Source of the DNA: an uncultured Gemmatimonadales bacterium
GTDB lineage: Bacteria > Gemmatimonadota > Gemmatimonadetes > Longimicrobiales > Gaopeijiaceae
NCBI GenBank assembly: GCA_963809895.1
Contig: CAWELD010000003.1
Location: forward strand, 1,888,001-1,952,000
Length of the DNA: 64,000 bases
Reading direction: 5' to 3'
Below the pieces are notes generated by a model, which was given only the letters and a program-made list of their open reading frames with translations, ran no database searches and was not told the origin of the DNA. A program made the position numbers and the translations under genes. This document shows positions 43,568 to 53,463 of this stretch, one piece after another (positions within the stretch are counted from its first letter, which is position 1; each line of letters begins with the position of its first letter).

Positions 43568-45255
43568 GCGCTCTCTTCCTCGGTCTCGTTCGGGATCTGG
43601 GGATCGCGCCCGCCGCTTCCGGGCTCGTCCGTCTCGTGGCTGGTGCCGGTGGCATCGGGCTCGTCGCCGGCGGGCAGCTCCGGCGGGCCGCCGGCATGCA
43701 ACGCGGCGGTGCGGGCGGCGGCTCGCTCATCGCGGGCGTCCATGGCCCGGGCGCGCCTCTTCTCCAGGAAGGCCCGCACCGCGCCGGTGCCGCCCACCCA
43801 GGCCAGCACCGCGGCCAACGCCCAGCCGGCCCAGCTCGGGATCAGCGCCACCAGCACCGCCGCCACCAGCGCCATGGTGGATACCGTTCCCAGGATGGTG
43901 CGGTCCTCGCGGCCCAGGGGGCGGTGGCCCGCCAGCGCGTCGCCGAAGATGGATCCGGCGCGCACGAAGTCGGCGATGCGCCAGCCCGTGCTGCCGCCGG
44001 CGCGGTTGCGCAGCTGCCACTCCAGGCGTTCGGGAAGCGTGCCTTCGGGCTCCAACGGCGTCGTGGGCGGCTGGTGCTCGCCCTCCACCGGCTCGGGCAC
44101 CTCACGTGCCCGCACCCGGGGCAGCGTGATCTCCACCGACGACGCCAGGTCCGCCAGGAAGAGCCCCTCGAGCTGCCCCGCCAGGCCCTCGTCCAGGACG
44201 CCCACGTCGATCTCCCAGTTTCCCAGGAGCGAGGCGGCGTTGAGGTTGCTCGAGCCCACCCGGCACCAGATGCCGTCGGCCACCGCCGTCTTGGCGTGGA
44301 TCATGGGGCCCTGCCACTCGAAGAGGCGCACGCCGGATTCCATGAGGAAGCGGTAGCCGGCCCGGGACATGCTTCCGACCCACGGCCAGTTGTTGTGCGC
44401 CGGCAGGAGGATGCGCACGTCCACGCCCGCCAGCGCCGCGGCCGCCAGGGACTCGGACACCGGACGGGGCGCCACGAAGTAGGGGTCGGTGATCCAGAGA
44501 CGGTTGCTGGCGTGGGCCGCCACCAGCTGGAGCGTGCGGTAGACGCGGCTCCGGCCGGGCTCGCCCTGGATGATCCACACCGGCGTGTTGCCCGCGGTCT
44601 CGGCGGAGCGCGGGTGGACGTGCAGGTCCACCGGCACGGGATCGCCGATCTCGGACCAGATGCGCTCGAAGGCCTGGGTGGCGGCAGCGGCGGCGGGTCC
44701 CCGGATCTCGACGCCGGTGTCCCTCCAGGGGGGATCGTCGCCGGCCCCGGCCCACTCCACGCCCACGCAGAATCCCCCGACGTACGCCACGGTGCCGTCG
44801 ACGCACACGAGCTTGCGGTGGTCCCGCTGGAAGACGCCCAGGGGATCACGCAGCCGCGGGCGGTTGAAGGCGCGCACCTCGATGCCGGCCTGGCGAAAGA
44901 CCTTCCAGTAGCGCCGGGGCGTGGCCCAGCACCCCACCCAGTCGTACAGCACGCGCACGGGAATCCCCTGACGCGCCTTGGCCACCAGGGCGTCGCGGAA
45001 GGCCCGACCGACACGGTCGTCGCGCAGGATGTAGTTCTCGAAGTGGACGAAGTGCTGGGCCCGGTCGATGGCCTCCAGCCAGGTCTCGAAGGTGGAGGAG
45101 CCCTCGAACTGCAGCGACAGCGCGTTGCCGTCGATGCGAGGGGCACCCGTGGCGCGCTCGATGGCCTCGAGTGGGAAGGCAGAGCGGGCTCCCGGGACCG
45201 CACGCCCCACCTCTTCTCCGTCACGGAGGGAGAGGGTGCGGTGACCTTCGTTCAT
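43564..45255 (-). CDS. cls: Cardiolipin-synthase-like phospholipase D
   Basis: Two HKD motifs (DHRKLVCVD; IHAKTAVAD..VGSSN) and C-terminal TM helices. Confidence 0.88.
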   Translation of the reverse strand: MNEGHRTLSLRDGEEVGRAVPGARSAFPLEAIERATGAPRIDGNALSLQFEGSSTFETWLEAIDRAQHFVHFENYILRDDRVGRAFRDALVAKARQGIPVRVLYDWVGCWATPRRYWKVFRQAGIEVRAFNRPRLRDPLGVFQRDHRKLVCVDGTVAYVGGFCVGVEWAGAGDDPPWRDTGVEIRGPAAAAATQAFERIWSEIGDPVPVDLHVHPRSAETAGNTPVWIIQGEPGRSRVYRTLQLVAAHASNRLWITDPYFVAPRPVSESLAAAALAGVDVRILLPAHNNWPWVGSMSRAGYRFLMESGVRLFEWQGPMIHAKTAVADGIWCRVGSSNLNAASLLGNWEIDVGVLDEGLAGQLEGLFLADLASSVEITLPRVRAREVPEPVEGEHQPPTTPLEPEGTLPERLEWQLRNRAGGSTGWRIADFVRAGSIFGDALAGHRPLGREDRTILGTVSTMALVAAVLVALIPSWAGWALAAVLAWVGGTGAVRAFLEKRRARAMDARDERAAARTAALHAGGPPELPAGDEPDATGTSHETDEPGSGGRDPQIPNETEEESA

Positions 45256-45288
45256 TGGATCGTCCCGTCGTGGAGGCGAGCCGCCCCG

Positions 45289-46191
45289 TCAGAAGCGGTC
45301 CTGGAAGCGATACCCCAGAAGCTTGTAGACGAGCTTGGCCACGAGGAAGTCCGGCGCGTGCAGACCGGGCGTGGGCGCCAACTCCACCACGTCGCACCCC
45401 ACCACCTTCCGCTCACGGAACACCCGCCGGAGGAAGCGCAGCGTGCGGTACCAGTCGCCGCCGCCGGGCTCGGGCGTGCCCGTGGACGGCATGAGCGAGG
45501 GGTCGAAGTAGTCCACGTCGAAGGTGATGTAGACCTCGGGGCCCAGCGCGTCCAGGGCACGCTCCATCCAGGCGTCGTCCTGCCACATGACGTCGGCCCA
45601 GATCATCGTGATCCCGTCGCGGGAGCCGGCGATCTCCATCTCCTCGGCGCTCACTGCCCTGAGGCCGACGCCCACCACGTCGGCGGCGTCGAGCACCCGG
45701 GCCATGGCCGAGGCGTGGGAGTGGGGCGTGCCCTCGTAGGACGGCCGCAGGTCGGCGTGGGCATCGAGCTGCAGGACCGACAGCCGGGTCTCGCACAGCG
45801 CCGCGTGCGACAGGATCGCCGGCGACGACACCGAGTGCTCACCGCCCAGCATGAGCACGAAGCGCTCGCCGGCGGCATTCAGGACGCGGTCGTGGGCGGC
45901 GCGCAGCTCGGCCATGGCCTGGCCCGCGCCGGCCCGGGTCAGATCCAGCGCCGGCAGGGTGTGGATGCCCAGCGCCGGGCCCACCTCGGCGTTCAGCTCC
46001 TGGTCGTAGAGCTCGATGAAGCGCGATGCCTCGAGAATCGCCTGCGGGCCGCCCCGGGCGCCGCCACCGTAGCTGGTGGTGGACTCGTACGGCACCGGGA
46101 GGATCACCGCCGACGCCGTCTCGAACGCGGCCTCGTCTCCCTCCAGGCCCAGGAAGGTGTGAGGGAGCTCCCAGGTCAGGTCATCGAGCAT
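45289..46191 (-). CDS. speB: Agmatinase
   Basis: GGEHSVS, DAHADL, TFDVDYFDP..STGTPEPGG; next to arginine decarboxylase. Confidence 0.93.
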   Translation of the reverse strand: MLDDLTWELPHTFLGLEGDEAAFETASAVILPVPYESTTSYGGGARGGPQAILEASRFIELYDQELNAEVGPALGIHTLPALDLTRAGAGQAMAELRAAHDRVLNAAGERFVLMLGGEHSVSSPAILSHAALCETRLSVLQLDAHADLRPSYEGTPHSHASAMARVLDAADVVGVGLRAVSAEEMEIAGSRDGITMIWADVMWQDDAWMERALDALGPEVYITFDVDYFDPSLMPSTGTPEPGGGDWYRTLRFLRRVFRERKVVGCDVVELAPTPGLHAPDFLVAKLVYKLLGYRFQDRF

Positions 46192-46197
46192 GGAGGC

Positions 46198-46758
46198 TCA
46201 GCCGCAGGATACGGCGGCGGCGACCACCGTCACCCACTGCCCGTCTTCCGGCGCCTCGGCCACGATGGTGTGGTTCATGGATTTCACCACGAGGCCGCTC
46301 ACCCGCCACTCCTCCTTGCGGTGGTCCCAGGCATCGTCGGGATCGAAGTCGGCCCCGAGCACCGTGGCCAGCATCTGCGCCGCCAGGTCCTCGGCGTAGT
46401 TGCCCATGGTGTTCTCGGACTGGCCGAAGGCGTGGTGTTCCGAGATGTAGCCGTAGTGGTCCCGGTTGGCGGGCATGGCCACACCCACCGACGCCCCCAC
46501 GCGGCGGCTGGGCTCGTTGGTGGCGGCCTCGCTCAACACGCAGAAGACGACCTGACCCGGGCGCAGCAGCTTCACCCCCTCCTCACGGTCGATGATCTCA
46601 CAATTGGGGGGAAAGATGGAGGAGATCCGCACCAGGTTGTGCTGAGCGATGCGGGCGTCTCGAAGCGCCATCTCGAAGCTGGTCAGCTTCTCTTTGTGGA
46701 TGCCGACACCGGTGGTGAAGAAGACCTTCTTGGGAACGAGCTGCTCACCCTGGAACAC
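46198..46758 (-). CDS. pdaD: Pyruvoyl-dependent arginine decarboxylase
   Basis: PKKVFFTTGVG, SFEMALRDA, HNLVRISSIFP (Ser-Ser autocleavage site), GYISEHH. Confidence 0.92.
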   Translation of the reverse strand: MFQGEQLVPKKVFFTTGVGIHKEKLTSFEMALRDARIAQHNLVRISSIFPPNCEIIDREEGVKLLRPGQVVFCVLSEAATNEPSRRVGASVGVAMPANRDHYGYISEHHAFGQSENTMGNYAEDLAAQMLATVLGADFDPDDAWDHRKEEWRVSGLVVKSMNHTIVAEAPEDGQWVTVVAAAVSCG

Positions 46759-46862
46759 CGTGGATCACCTCCTGTGTGACGCCACCAGAAGCGTCGACGA
46801 GGGGACGAGGCGCGGGCCGCGACCTGGCCCCCGGTCAACGCGGACACGGGCCGGACCAACGC

Positions 46863-46901
46863 AAAACGGGTGAAGGGGGCAGCGCGCCCGGCCTTCACCC
46901 G
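46863..46901 (-). terminator. Probable intrinsic terminator downstream of fur
   Basis: CGGGTGAAGG (46867-46876) / CCTTCACCCG (46892-46901) stem, followed on the minus strand by TTTT. Confidence 0.55.
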
Positions 46902-46927
46902 GTCCCCTCCGATCCGGAGACCGAAAG

Positions 46928-47428
46928 CTAGACGGTTTCGATCGGGCAGGTCAACCCTTCCTGGGGCAGCGTCACGCCGCGATCCTGGCAGCGCTGACAG
47001 AGGCCGTAGATGTCCAGGCGGTGGCGCGCGGGGCGGAATCCGAGCTCCCGTGCGACCCGGGCCTCGATGGCGGGAATCTCCGGACTGCGAAACTCGTCCA
47101 CGTTCCCGCACTCCAGGCAGATGAGGTGCTGGTGCACAGGCTCGTGCGACAGGCGGTGCTCGTAGCGCTTGAAGCCCTCGCCGAAGTCGTGCTCGTCGAC
47201 CAGCTTGCTCTTCACCAGCAGGTCGAGGGTCCGGTAGATCGTGGCCTTGCCGATGCGCTCGCCCGTGGAGCGGAGCTCCTGCTCGATGTCCTCCACCGAC
47301 AGGTGGCCCTCCGAGGCGAAGACCACCGTGGCCACGGCCTCCCGCTGGTGCGTCACGGGGAGTCCCTCCTCGCGCAGATAGCGGGCGAAGAGCCGGTTCG
47401 ACGGATGGCGCTCGGCGGTGGTGCTCAC
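46928..47428 (-). CDS. fur: Fur-family transcriptional repressor
   Basis: THQREAV, HLSVEDI, ATIYRTLDLL, HQHLICLECG, YGLCQRC. Confidence 0.92.
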   Translation of the reverse strand: MSTTAERHPSNRLFARYLREEGLPVTHQREAVATVVFASEGHLSVEDIEQELRSTGERIGKATIYRTLDLLVKSKLVDEHDFGEGFKRYEHRLSHEPVHQHLICLECGNVDEFRSPEIPAIEARVARELGFRPARHRLDIYGLCQRCQDRGVTLPQEGLTCPIETV

Positions 47429-47958
47429 GGGTCGGTGACGGGTTGAGGCTCCGGTGCGGGGGCGGGTGGCACGCCGGCCGTGGGCGTCGCGCTCTCCGGG
47501 GCCGCGGACTCGGCCGCTCGGTCGGCCGGCTCGGGCTCCAGGAGCTCGCGGCCCAGCTCGTCCAGGAGCGCGTCGAAGCGCTCGCTCTCGCCAGCGATCT
47601 CCACCTCGCGGGGATCGCCGAGCTCGCTGCCGGCACGGCGCACCACGCCGTCCATCATGCGAGGAAAGCGGTCGTCCGGAGCCGCGCCCTGCTCCTCCAG
47701 CTGCCACTCGATCTCCAGGCCCTTGCCGGTGCGCTCGGCCACGTAGGGCGCGGTGAACAGCCCTCGCCGATCTTCGCGCTCGGCGCCGGAGAAGCGACTC
47801 ACGGCCACCAGGCCCCACTCCTTTCGGCCGCGGATGAGCGGGGGGAAGATCCAGATGCGGTCCAGGGTCTCGGGCAGCAGTCGGCGTCCCAGGCCCTGGA
47901 TGGTGCGCGGAAGGGCCTCCGGGACGCCGGGTCCCTGGTCCTGCCGTCCGCCGCTCAT
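47425..47958 (-). CDS. Hypothetical protein
   Basis: In-operon ORF whose stop overlaps the fur start; non-repetitive globular sequence (DRIWIFPPLIRGRKEWGL). Confidence 0.7.
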   Translation of the reverse strand: MSGGRQDQGPGVPEALPRTIQGLGRRLLPETLDRIWIFPPLIRGRKEWGLVAVSRFSGAEREDRRGLFTAPYVAERTGKGLEIEWQLEEQGAAPDDRFPRMMDGVVRRAGSELGDPREVEIAGESERFDALLDELGRELLEPEPADRAAESAAPESATPTAGVPPAPAPEPQPVTDP

Positions 47959-48013
47959 GGGTCTCGTCACGTGATCTGCTCTCCCTCGAGGAGCCCGGGC
48001 GCGCCGGTGCGGG

Positions 48014-49060
48014 CTAGGCGCGCCCCGCCCCCGCCGGCTCGACGCCGTCGGCATCCAGGTGTTCGCGGACGACCTTGCGCGTGGCCGCCACCACGGTGGG
48101 CATGACGTCGTCCAGGGCGCCCTCCACCAGGGCCCCGGACGCTTTGACGTGCCCGCCACCGCCAAATTCGCGTGCCAGGGCATTCACGTCCACCGTGCCG
48201 TTGGCCCGGAAGGAGACCTTGGTACCCCGGGCCGTCTGACGGAAGAGGAGCGCCACCTCGGTGCCCTCCACCGAGCGCGGATAGTCCACCAGTCCCTCCA
48301 GGTCCTCTCCGGTCGCCTCCAGCTCGGCGTACGCGGCGCCGGGGACCACCATCCAGGCCACCCCTTCGTCGACCTCCAGCGTGGCCAGCGCCGCCTCCAG
48401 CAGCCGCAGCCGTCGCAGGGGCGCGGCGCCGTAGACCCGGCGGTGGAGCCCCTCGGGATCCACGCCGCGCTCGATGAGATCGGCCACCACGCGGTGCGCC
48501 TCCGGCGTGCTGTTGCTGAAGCGAAACGACCCGGTGTCGGTGAGGATGGCGACGTACATCCCGTCCAGCGCCTCCTGGGGCCAGGGGCCGCCGGTCGCCA
48601 GCAGGATGTCGTAGACGAGCTCGCCGGTGGCGCAGGCCGTGGAATCGCGCAGCGACACGCCTCCCACGGGGTGGGGACCCGGAGGGTGGTGGTCGACGAC
48701 CACGCTGGTGAGGTGCTCGATCATGGGCTTCACGCGACCGATGCGCGGGACCTCGCCGGTGTCCAGGACCACGGCGACCCCGGCCTGCGCGCAGATGCGG
48801 CGGGCCTCTTCGGAGCCGGCGTCCAGCACCCAGTCGTCGTCGGGCACCAGGAAGCGGAAGTTGCCCGGAAAGGGCGTGGGATTCACGATCCACGCCCGGG
48901 TGCCGTTGGCCCTCAGCCAGGCCGCCACCGCCACCTCGGAACCCACGCCGTCACCGTCGGCGTTGACGTGGGTGGTCAACACGGCGTCTCTCGACGCCCG
49001 CAGCACGTCGGCTGCCTCGCGCACCGCCCGGCGGCGGCGATCGGGGGTTCGGTAGCTCAC
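48014..49060 (-). CDS. nrnA: DHH/DHHA1 phosphoesterase (NrnA-like)
   Basis: THVNADGDGVGS, VVDHH, TDTGSFRFS, GGGGHVKASG; GTG start overlaps the gdhA stop. Confidence 0.9.
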   Translation of the reverse strand: MSYRTPDRRRRAVREAADVLRASRDAVLTTHVNADGDGVGSEVAVAAWLRANGTRAWIVNPTPFPGNFRFLVPDDDWVLDAGSEEARRICAQAGVAVVLDTGEVPRIGRVKPMIEHLTSVVVDHHPPGPHPVGGVSLRDSTACATGELVYDILLATGGPWPQEALDGMYVAILTDTGSFRFSNSTPEAHRVVADLIERGVDPEGLHRRVYGAAPLRRLRLLEAALATLEVDEGVAWMVVPGAAYAELEATGEDLEGLVDYPRSVEGTEVALLFRQTARGTKVSFRANGTVDVNALAREFGGGGHVKASGALVEGALDDVMPTVVAATRKVVREHLDADGVEPAGAGRA

Positions 49061-50343
49061 AGGCCTCTCAGCTGCGCGGCCTTGGACACGCGCCGGACCG
49101 CCACGATGTAGGCCGCCTGGCGCAGCGTGACGCCCTGCTCGTCGGCCACCCTCAGCACGTCGTCCAGCGCCCGTTCCATCACCTTGCTCAGCTCCTCCTT
49201 CACACGATCGGCATCCCAGCGGAAACTCTGCGCGTTCTGGACCCACTCGAAATAGCTGACCGTGACGCCGCCGGCGTTGGCCAGGATGTCCGGCACCACC
49301 ACCACTCCTTTGCTCGCCAGGATCTCGTCGGCCACCGGCGTGGTGGGGCCGTTGGCACCCTCCACCACGAAGCGGGCGCGCACGTCACCGGCATTGTCGC
49401 CGGTGATGGCGCCACCCAGCGCCGCCGGCACCAGCACGTCGACGTCGGCGGAAAAGATGTCGGCGCCGTCGAGGTCTTCGTGGGCGCCGTCGTACGCCAC
49501 CACCGAGCCCTCGTGCTCCACGGCGGACGTGAGCCCGTCCACGTCCAGGCCGTCGCCGTTGAAGACGCCGCCCTTCACGTCGGTGACCGCCACCACCCGG
49601 GCACCGCGGCGGTCCAGCTCCCGCGCGGCGAAGCTGCCCACGTTGCCGAACCCCTGCAGCGCCACCGTGGCGCCCTTCAGCGACTCGCCCCGGGACGACA
49701 GGATGCGATCCGCCACGATCCCCAGGCCGTCGCCGGTGGCCGACACGCGGCCCTCGGACCCACCGAGCTCCACGGGCTTTCCGGTGACCACGCCCGGGGA
49801 CCATCCCTTGAACTTGGCGTACTCGTCGACGATCCAGGCCATGACGCGGGGGCTGGTGTTCACGTCGGGAGCCGGGATGTCCTGGTTCGGCCCGAGGAAG
49901 GTGTGCATGCGCTGCACGAAGCGGCGCGTGATGGCCTCCACGTCTTCGTCGGTGAGGGCGGTGGGATCGCAGTTCACGCCCCCCTTGGCGCCGCCGAAGG
50001 GCACGTTCACCACCGCCGTCTTCCACGTCATGAGCGAGGCCAGCGCCCGCACCTCGTCGAGGTTGACGTGGGGATGGTAGCGGATCCCCCCCTTCATGGG
50101 ACCGCGGGCCTGGTCGTGCTGGACCCGGAATCCCTGGAAGATGCGCAGGGAGCCATCGTGCAGTCGCAGCGGAATCTCCGCGGTCACCTCACGATACGGC
50201 GTCCGCAGGTAGACGCGGATCTCCTCGTCCAGGTCCAGCGTCTCGGCCACCCGGTCCAGCTCGTAGTTCACGGCCTCGAAGGGCGTGAAGTCGTCGCGGG
50301 GCTTGGAGGGTGCGTCCCGGACCGGGACCGAATGCGCGCTCAT
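49057..50343 (-). CDS. gdhA: Glutamate dehydrogenase (Glu/Leu/Phe/Val family)
   Basis: GPMKGGIRYHP, PFGGAKGG, DIPAPDVNT, QGFGNVG, EGANGP, DILANAGGVTVSYFEWVQN. Confidence 0.95.
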   Translation of the reverse strand: MSAHSVPVRDAPSKPRDDFTPFEAVNYELDRVAETLDLDEEIRVYLRTPYREVTAEIPLRLHDGSLRIFQGFRVQHDQARGPMKGGIRYHPHVNLDEVRALASLMTWKTAVVNVPFGGAKGGVNCDPTALTDEDVEAITRRFVQRMHTFLGPNQDIPAPDVNTSPRVMAWIVDEYAKFKGWSPGVVTGKPVELGGSEGRVSATGDGLGIVADRILSSRGESLKGATVALQGFGNVGSFAARELDRRGARVVAVTDVKGGVFNGDGLDVDGLTSAVEHEGSVVAYDGAHEDLDGADIFSADVDVLVPAALGGAITGDNAGDVRARFVVEGANGPTTPVADEILASKGVVVVPDILANAGGVTVSYFEWVQNAQSFRWDADRVKEELSKVMERALDDVLRVADEQGVTLRQAAYIVAVRRVSKAAQLRGL

Positions 50344-50408
50344 CAATGCTCCTCATCTGCGGGCGGGACCAGCTCGATCTGGTGATCGACTCCTGCAGAA
50401 AAAACCCG

Positions 50409-51743
50409 CTACCCGTCCGAAGGGTTCGTCATCCCCTCCGGAAACGACGGTGCCCCGAAGAGGCGCCTGCGGACCTTGGCCCAGGTGGAGGCCAGGTGGA
50501 CGAGATTCGAGGCGGTGCGCCCATGGACGTGCCCGGAGGCCAGCGCCACGCGCAGCGCGTCGGCCGTGTTGGCGTGCCGGGGCACTTCGACCCAGGCGCC
50601 CGCGACCTCACCCAGGGTGTGGGCGTCGGAGCCCGCGCCCCGGAGACGGCCGTGGCGACGCGCCAGATCGGCCGCCGGTCCGTTGAGCCGCCCGGGATGG
50701 AGACGGGCGTTGAAGACCTCCACCACCTCCACCAACGGCGCCAGCGTTTCCGCGTACTGCCCGGAGCCACCCTTGCCGCGGGCGTAGGGATGGGGCAGGT
50801 AGGCGATCCCACCCTGATCGCGGATGCGCGCGCAGGTCTCGCGGGCCGGCGTGCCCCTGGGGATCTCCTCGGTGAGGTAGAGACCGATGACGTCGATGCC
50901 CTCGGCGGTCTTCACCTCCTCGCCGGGAATCACCCGATCGGGGTAGCGCTCCGCCAGCGCCCGCGCCACGTGCAGGCGGTTGTGGTCGGTGACGGCGATG
51001 CGCTCCACGCCGCGCACGGCGGCTCGCTCCAGCACCTCCACCGGGTCCGACAGGCAATCCCACGAGCCCGCGGTGTGGAGATGCAGGTCCAGGCGCATGG
51101 AGCCCACCGGCGGGGCTTCGGCCGGGGCCACGCCGGGGGCCGCCTCGGCGCTGCCGCGGAGCTCGTCGAGGAGGTCCAGGGCCCGCTCCCGAAGCGTGTC
51201 GGGGTCGGCGTCGTTCTCCAGGACGTGGTCGGCACGGCGGCGCTTGTCCCGGGCATCCATCTGGGCCGCCATCATGCGGCGCGCCGCATCCTCGTCCAAC
51301 CCCCGATCCTCCATCAAGCGGCGCAGGCGCTCCTCGTCCGGGGCGTCGACGAGGACCACCAGGTCGAAGTCGGCGTCCCGCCCCGTCTCGTAGAGAAGCG
51401 GGATCTCGGCCACGACCACATCGTGGCCCTCGGCCTCCCGGGCCCGGGTCCAGCGGTCACGCAAGTCCCACACCACGGGATGGACGATCGCTTCCAGCCG
51501 CGCGCGCTCCGCCGGGTCGGCGAAGATCCGCTGGCGCATGCGGGCCCGGTCCAGCGAGCCGTCGGCGGCCAGCACGTCGGCGCCGAAGGCCTCGCGCACC
51601 CGCTCCAGCCCCGGGGTGCCCGGCGCCACGGCCTCGCGCGCCAGATCGTCGGCGCTCACCACCGGGACACCGGCCTCGCGCCAGATGCGCGCCACCGAGG
51701 ACTTGCCCGAGGCCACGTTGCCCGTGAGCGCCACCTTCAGCAC
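50409..51743 (-). CDS. coaE: Dephospho-CoA kinase fused to a PHP phosphoesterase domain
   Basis: VALTGNVASGKS, LEAIVHP, EIPLLYE, then in the same frame LDLHLHT, VTDHN, GEEV, HPY, EVFNAR and GSDAH. Confidence 0.85.
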   Translation of the reverse strand: MLKVALTGNVASGKSSVARIWREAGVPVVSADDLAREAVAPGTPGLERVREAFGADVLAADGSLDRARMRQRIFADPAERARLEAIVHPVVWDLRDRWTRAREAEGHDVVVAEIPLLYETGRDADFDLVVLVDAPDEERLRRLMEDRGLDEDAARRMMAAQMDARDKRRRADHVLENDADPDTLRERALDLLDELRGSAEAAPGVAPAEAPPVGSMRLDLHLHTAGSWDCLSDPVEVLERAAVRGVERIAVTDHNRLHVARALAERYPDRVIPGEEVKTAEGIDVIGLYLTEEIPRGTPARETCARIRDQGGIAYLPHPYARGKGGSGQYAETLAPLVEVVEVFNARLHPGRLNGPAADLARRHGRLRGAGSDAHTLGEVAGAWVEVPRHANTADALRVALASGHVHGRTASNLVHLASTWAKVRRRLFGAPSFPEGMTNPSDG

Positions 51744-52348
51744 GACTCCTCCTCCCCTGGGATCTCGCCCCGGCGCCTGGCCCGCAACCACAGGATCGCC
51801 CCGGCCACCGCGAACAGGGTGGCCCAGCCGACACCCACCAGCGAGCTGACGGTCTCCCAGCTCCGGCCCGCCGCCAGGCCGATGCCCATGTAGAGCGCCA
51901 CCCACAGCACCACACCGGGCACGTCGTAGGTCACGAAGCGCCGGGCCGGCACCCGGGCCATGCCACTGCTCATGGGCATGAGGGTGCGCACGAAGGCCAC
52001 CAGCCGGGCCAGCGTCACGGAGTACAGGGGATGGCGCCCGAGAAAGGACCCCAGCCGGCGGTCGTGGCGCCGGAGCGCGCGGGCGACCCAGCCTCGGCCC
52101 TCGCGCAGCCGCTCGCCACCGCGCCGCCCGATGCCGTAGCCGAGCATGTCGCCGGCCCATCCCCCCAGCCCCGCGGCCAGCGCCACCTCGACGTAGCCCA
52201 GCTCACCGGCCCGGGCCAACACGGTGGCGAACGCCGTGGCCATGCCCGACGGGACGACCAGGCCGGTGACGAAAGACGTCTCGAGCACGGCCAGAACGAA
52301 GAGGACCCAGGGGCCGTACAGCGCCACCAGCTCGGGGAGCCGGGTCAT
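51737..52348 (-). CDS. dedA: DedA-family membrane protein
   Basis: LETSFVTGLVVPSG, GDMLGYGIGRRGG, ARLVAFVRT. Confidence 0.88.
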   Translation of the reverse strand: MTRLPELVALYGPWVLFVLAVLETSFVTGLVVPSGMATAFATVLARAGELGYVEVALAAGLGGWAGDMLGYGIGRRGGERLREGRGWVARALRRHDRRLGSFLGRHPLYSVTLARLVAFVRTLMPMSSGMARVPARRFVTYDVPGVVLWVALYMGIGLAAGRSWETVSSLVGVGWATLFAVAGAILWLRARRRGEIPGEEESC

Positions 52349-52390
52349 GGGCCCGGGAGCGCGGGTGGAGGGAGAGGAGGTGACGGCCGA

Positions 52391-52762
52391 TCAGCGGCGA
52401 TTCCGCGTCTCCACGATGTCGTCGTCGGTGCCGCGCTTCTTGTCGGGCCCGTAGGAGACGACGTCGAAGGCGTGGCGGCGCAGGACCAGCACGTAGGTGT
52501 TGCCCCAGGAGTCCCGGGTGGCGTCGCCGTTGTAGCGTCCCTCCAGCCAGCGCGGGAACTCGCGCGGCTCGGGCATCTTGCCCAGCGTCTCGCGCTCGTA
52601 GGTCTGCAGGTCCCGGGAGATCTTCTCCATCTCGGCCTTGGTGGCCAGACGGAAGGCCGGGTTGAGCGCCGGCCCCGCGTAGCGCGTGACCACCGCCCGC
52701 GACGAGGGGAAGTAGAGCGCCGCCGCAAGCGCCACCAGGAGAAACAGGATGAGCTTGAACAT
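52391..52762 (-). CDS. GspG/T2SSG C-terminal-domain-like small membrane-anchored protein
   Basis: N-terminal TM helix; DSWGNTY...VVSYGPDKKRGTDDDI motif; no prepilin cleavage site. Confidence 0.75.
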   Translation of the reverse strand: MFKLILFLLVALAAALYFPSSRAVVTRYAGPALNPAFRLATKAEMEKISRDLQTYERETLGKMPEPREFPRWLEGRYNGDATRDSWGNTYVLVLRRHAFDVVSYGPDKKRGTDDDIVETRNRR

Positions 52763-52776
52763 GAGGATCTCTCCAG

Positions 52777-53028
52777 TCAGGTCCTGCGGCGCATGGCCCG
52801 GGCCCAGGTCACGAAGCGCGCCAACTCGTCGTCGGGTGGCAGCGCGTCGGGCTCACCGTAGGCCGTCTCCATGCGCCAGCGCAGATAGTCGGCGGGTGGA
52901 AGGGGCAGAAAAGGCGGACGCCGGTACCAGTTCCTGGCGCGAAAGGCCCAGGCCGTACCCACCAGGGCGGGAATCAGACGCGGACGCCTGAGGGCCAGCC
53001 CCAGAAGCTTCCGATAGATGGGGGGCAA
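52777..53028 (-). CDS. Small hypothetical protein
   Basis: WYRRPPFLPLPPADYLRWRMETAYG looks like a conserved motif; start (TTG 53028) uncertain. Confidence 0.6.
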   Translation of the reverse strand: MPPIYRKLLGLALRRPRLIPALVGTAWAFRARNWYRRPPFLPLPPADYLRWRMETAYGEPDALPPDDELARFVTWARAMRRRT

Positions 53029-53245
53029 ACGGCGGCTCCGTGAATAGGTCGCTGATTCAAGGTAAGACGGTCCGTCCCGGCGCCACAATCCTGGCTTGAC
53101 CGGAGAGTACCACCGACCGCCGATGCGCGCCCCGCGGCGCGACCACGGGTACCGGCCGGGCCAGCGGGTCCGTACCTTCATCGTGTCGACGACACAGCAC
53201 CCCTACGATCCCACGGGGCCGCAGGGTTCCAACCGCGAGGCCGCC

Positions 53246-53452
53246 ATGACGTTGTACGCACCGGTCTATCCCCAGGGCACCCGCGTCCGCGTGCGCCAGG
53301 GTCGCCTTCCCATGAGTCAGGATCTGCTGGGCCGCGCCGGCACCGTGGTCGAGCTGGACGACTATCGTCCGGGCCGCTACGGCGTGTCGCTCGACGGCGA
53401 GGAGCAGATCCGCGACTTCCGCGAGGACGAGCTGGAGGTGATGGGGGGCTGA
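53246..53452 (+). CDS. Small hypothetical protein (SH3-like)
   Basis: GAGG RBS before the [13 protein letters not shown]...GTVVE...[17 protein letters not shown]. Confidence 0.6.
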   Translation: MTLYAPVYPQGTRVRVRQGRLPMSQDLLGRAGTVVELDDYRPGRYGVSLDGEEQIRDFREDELEVMGG

Positions 53453-53463
53453 CCCCCGACGCC

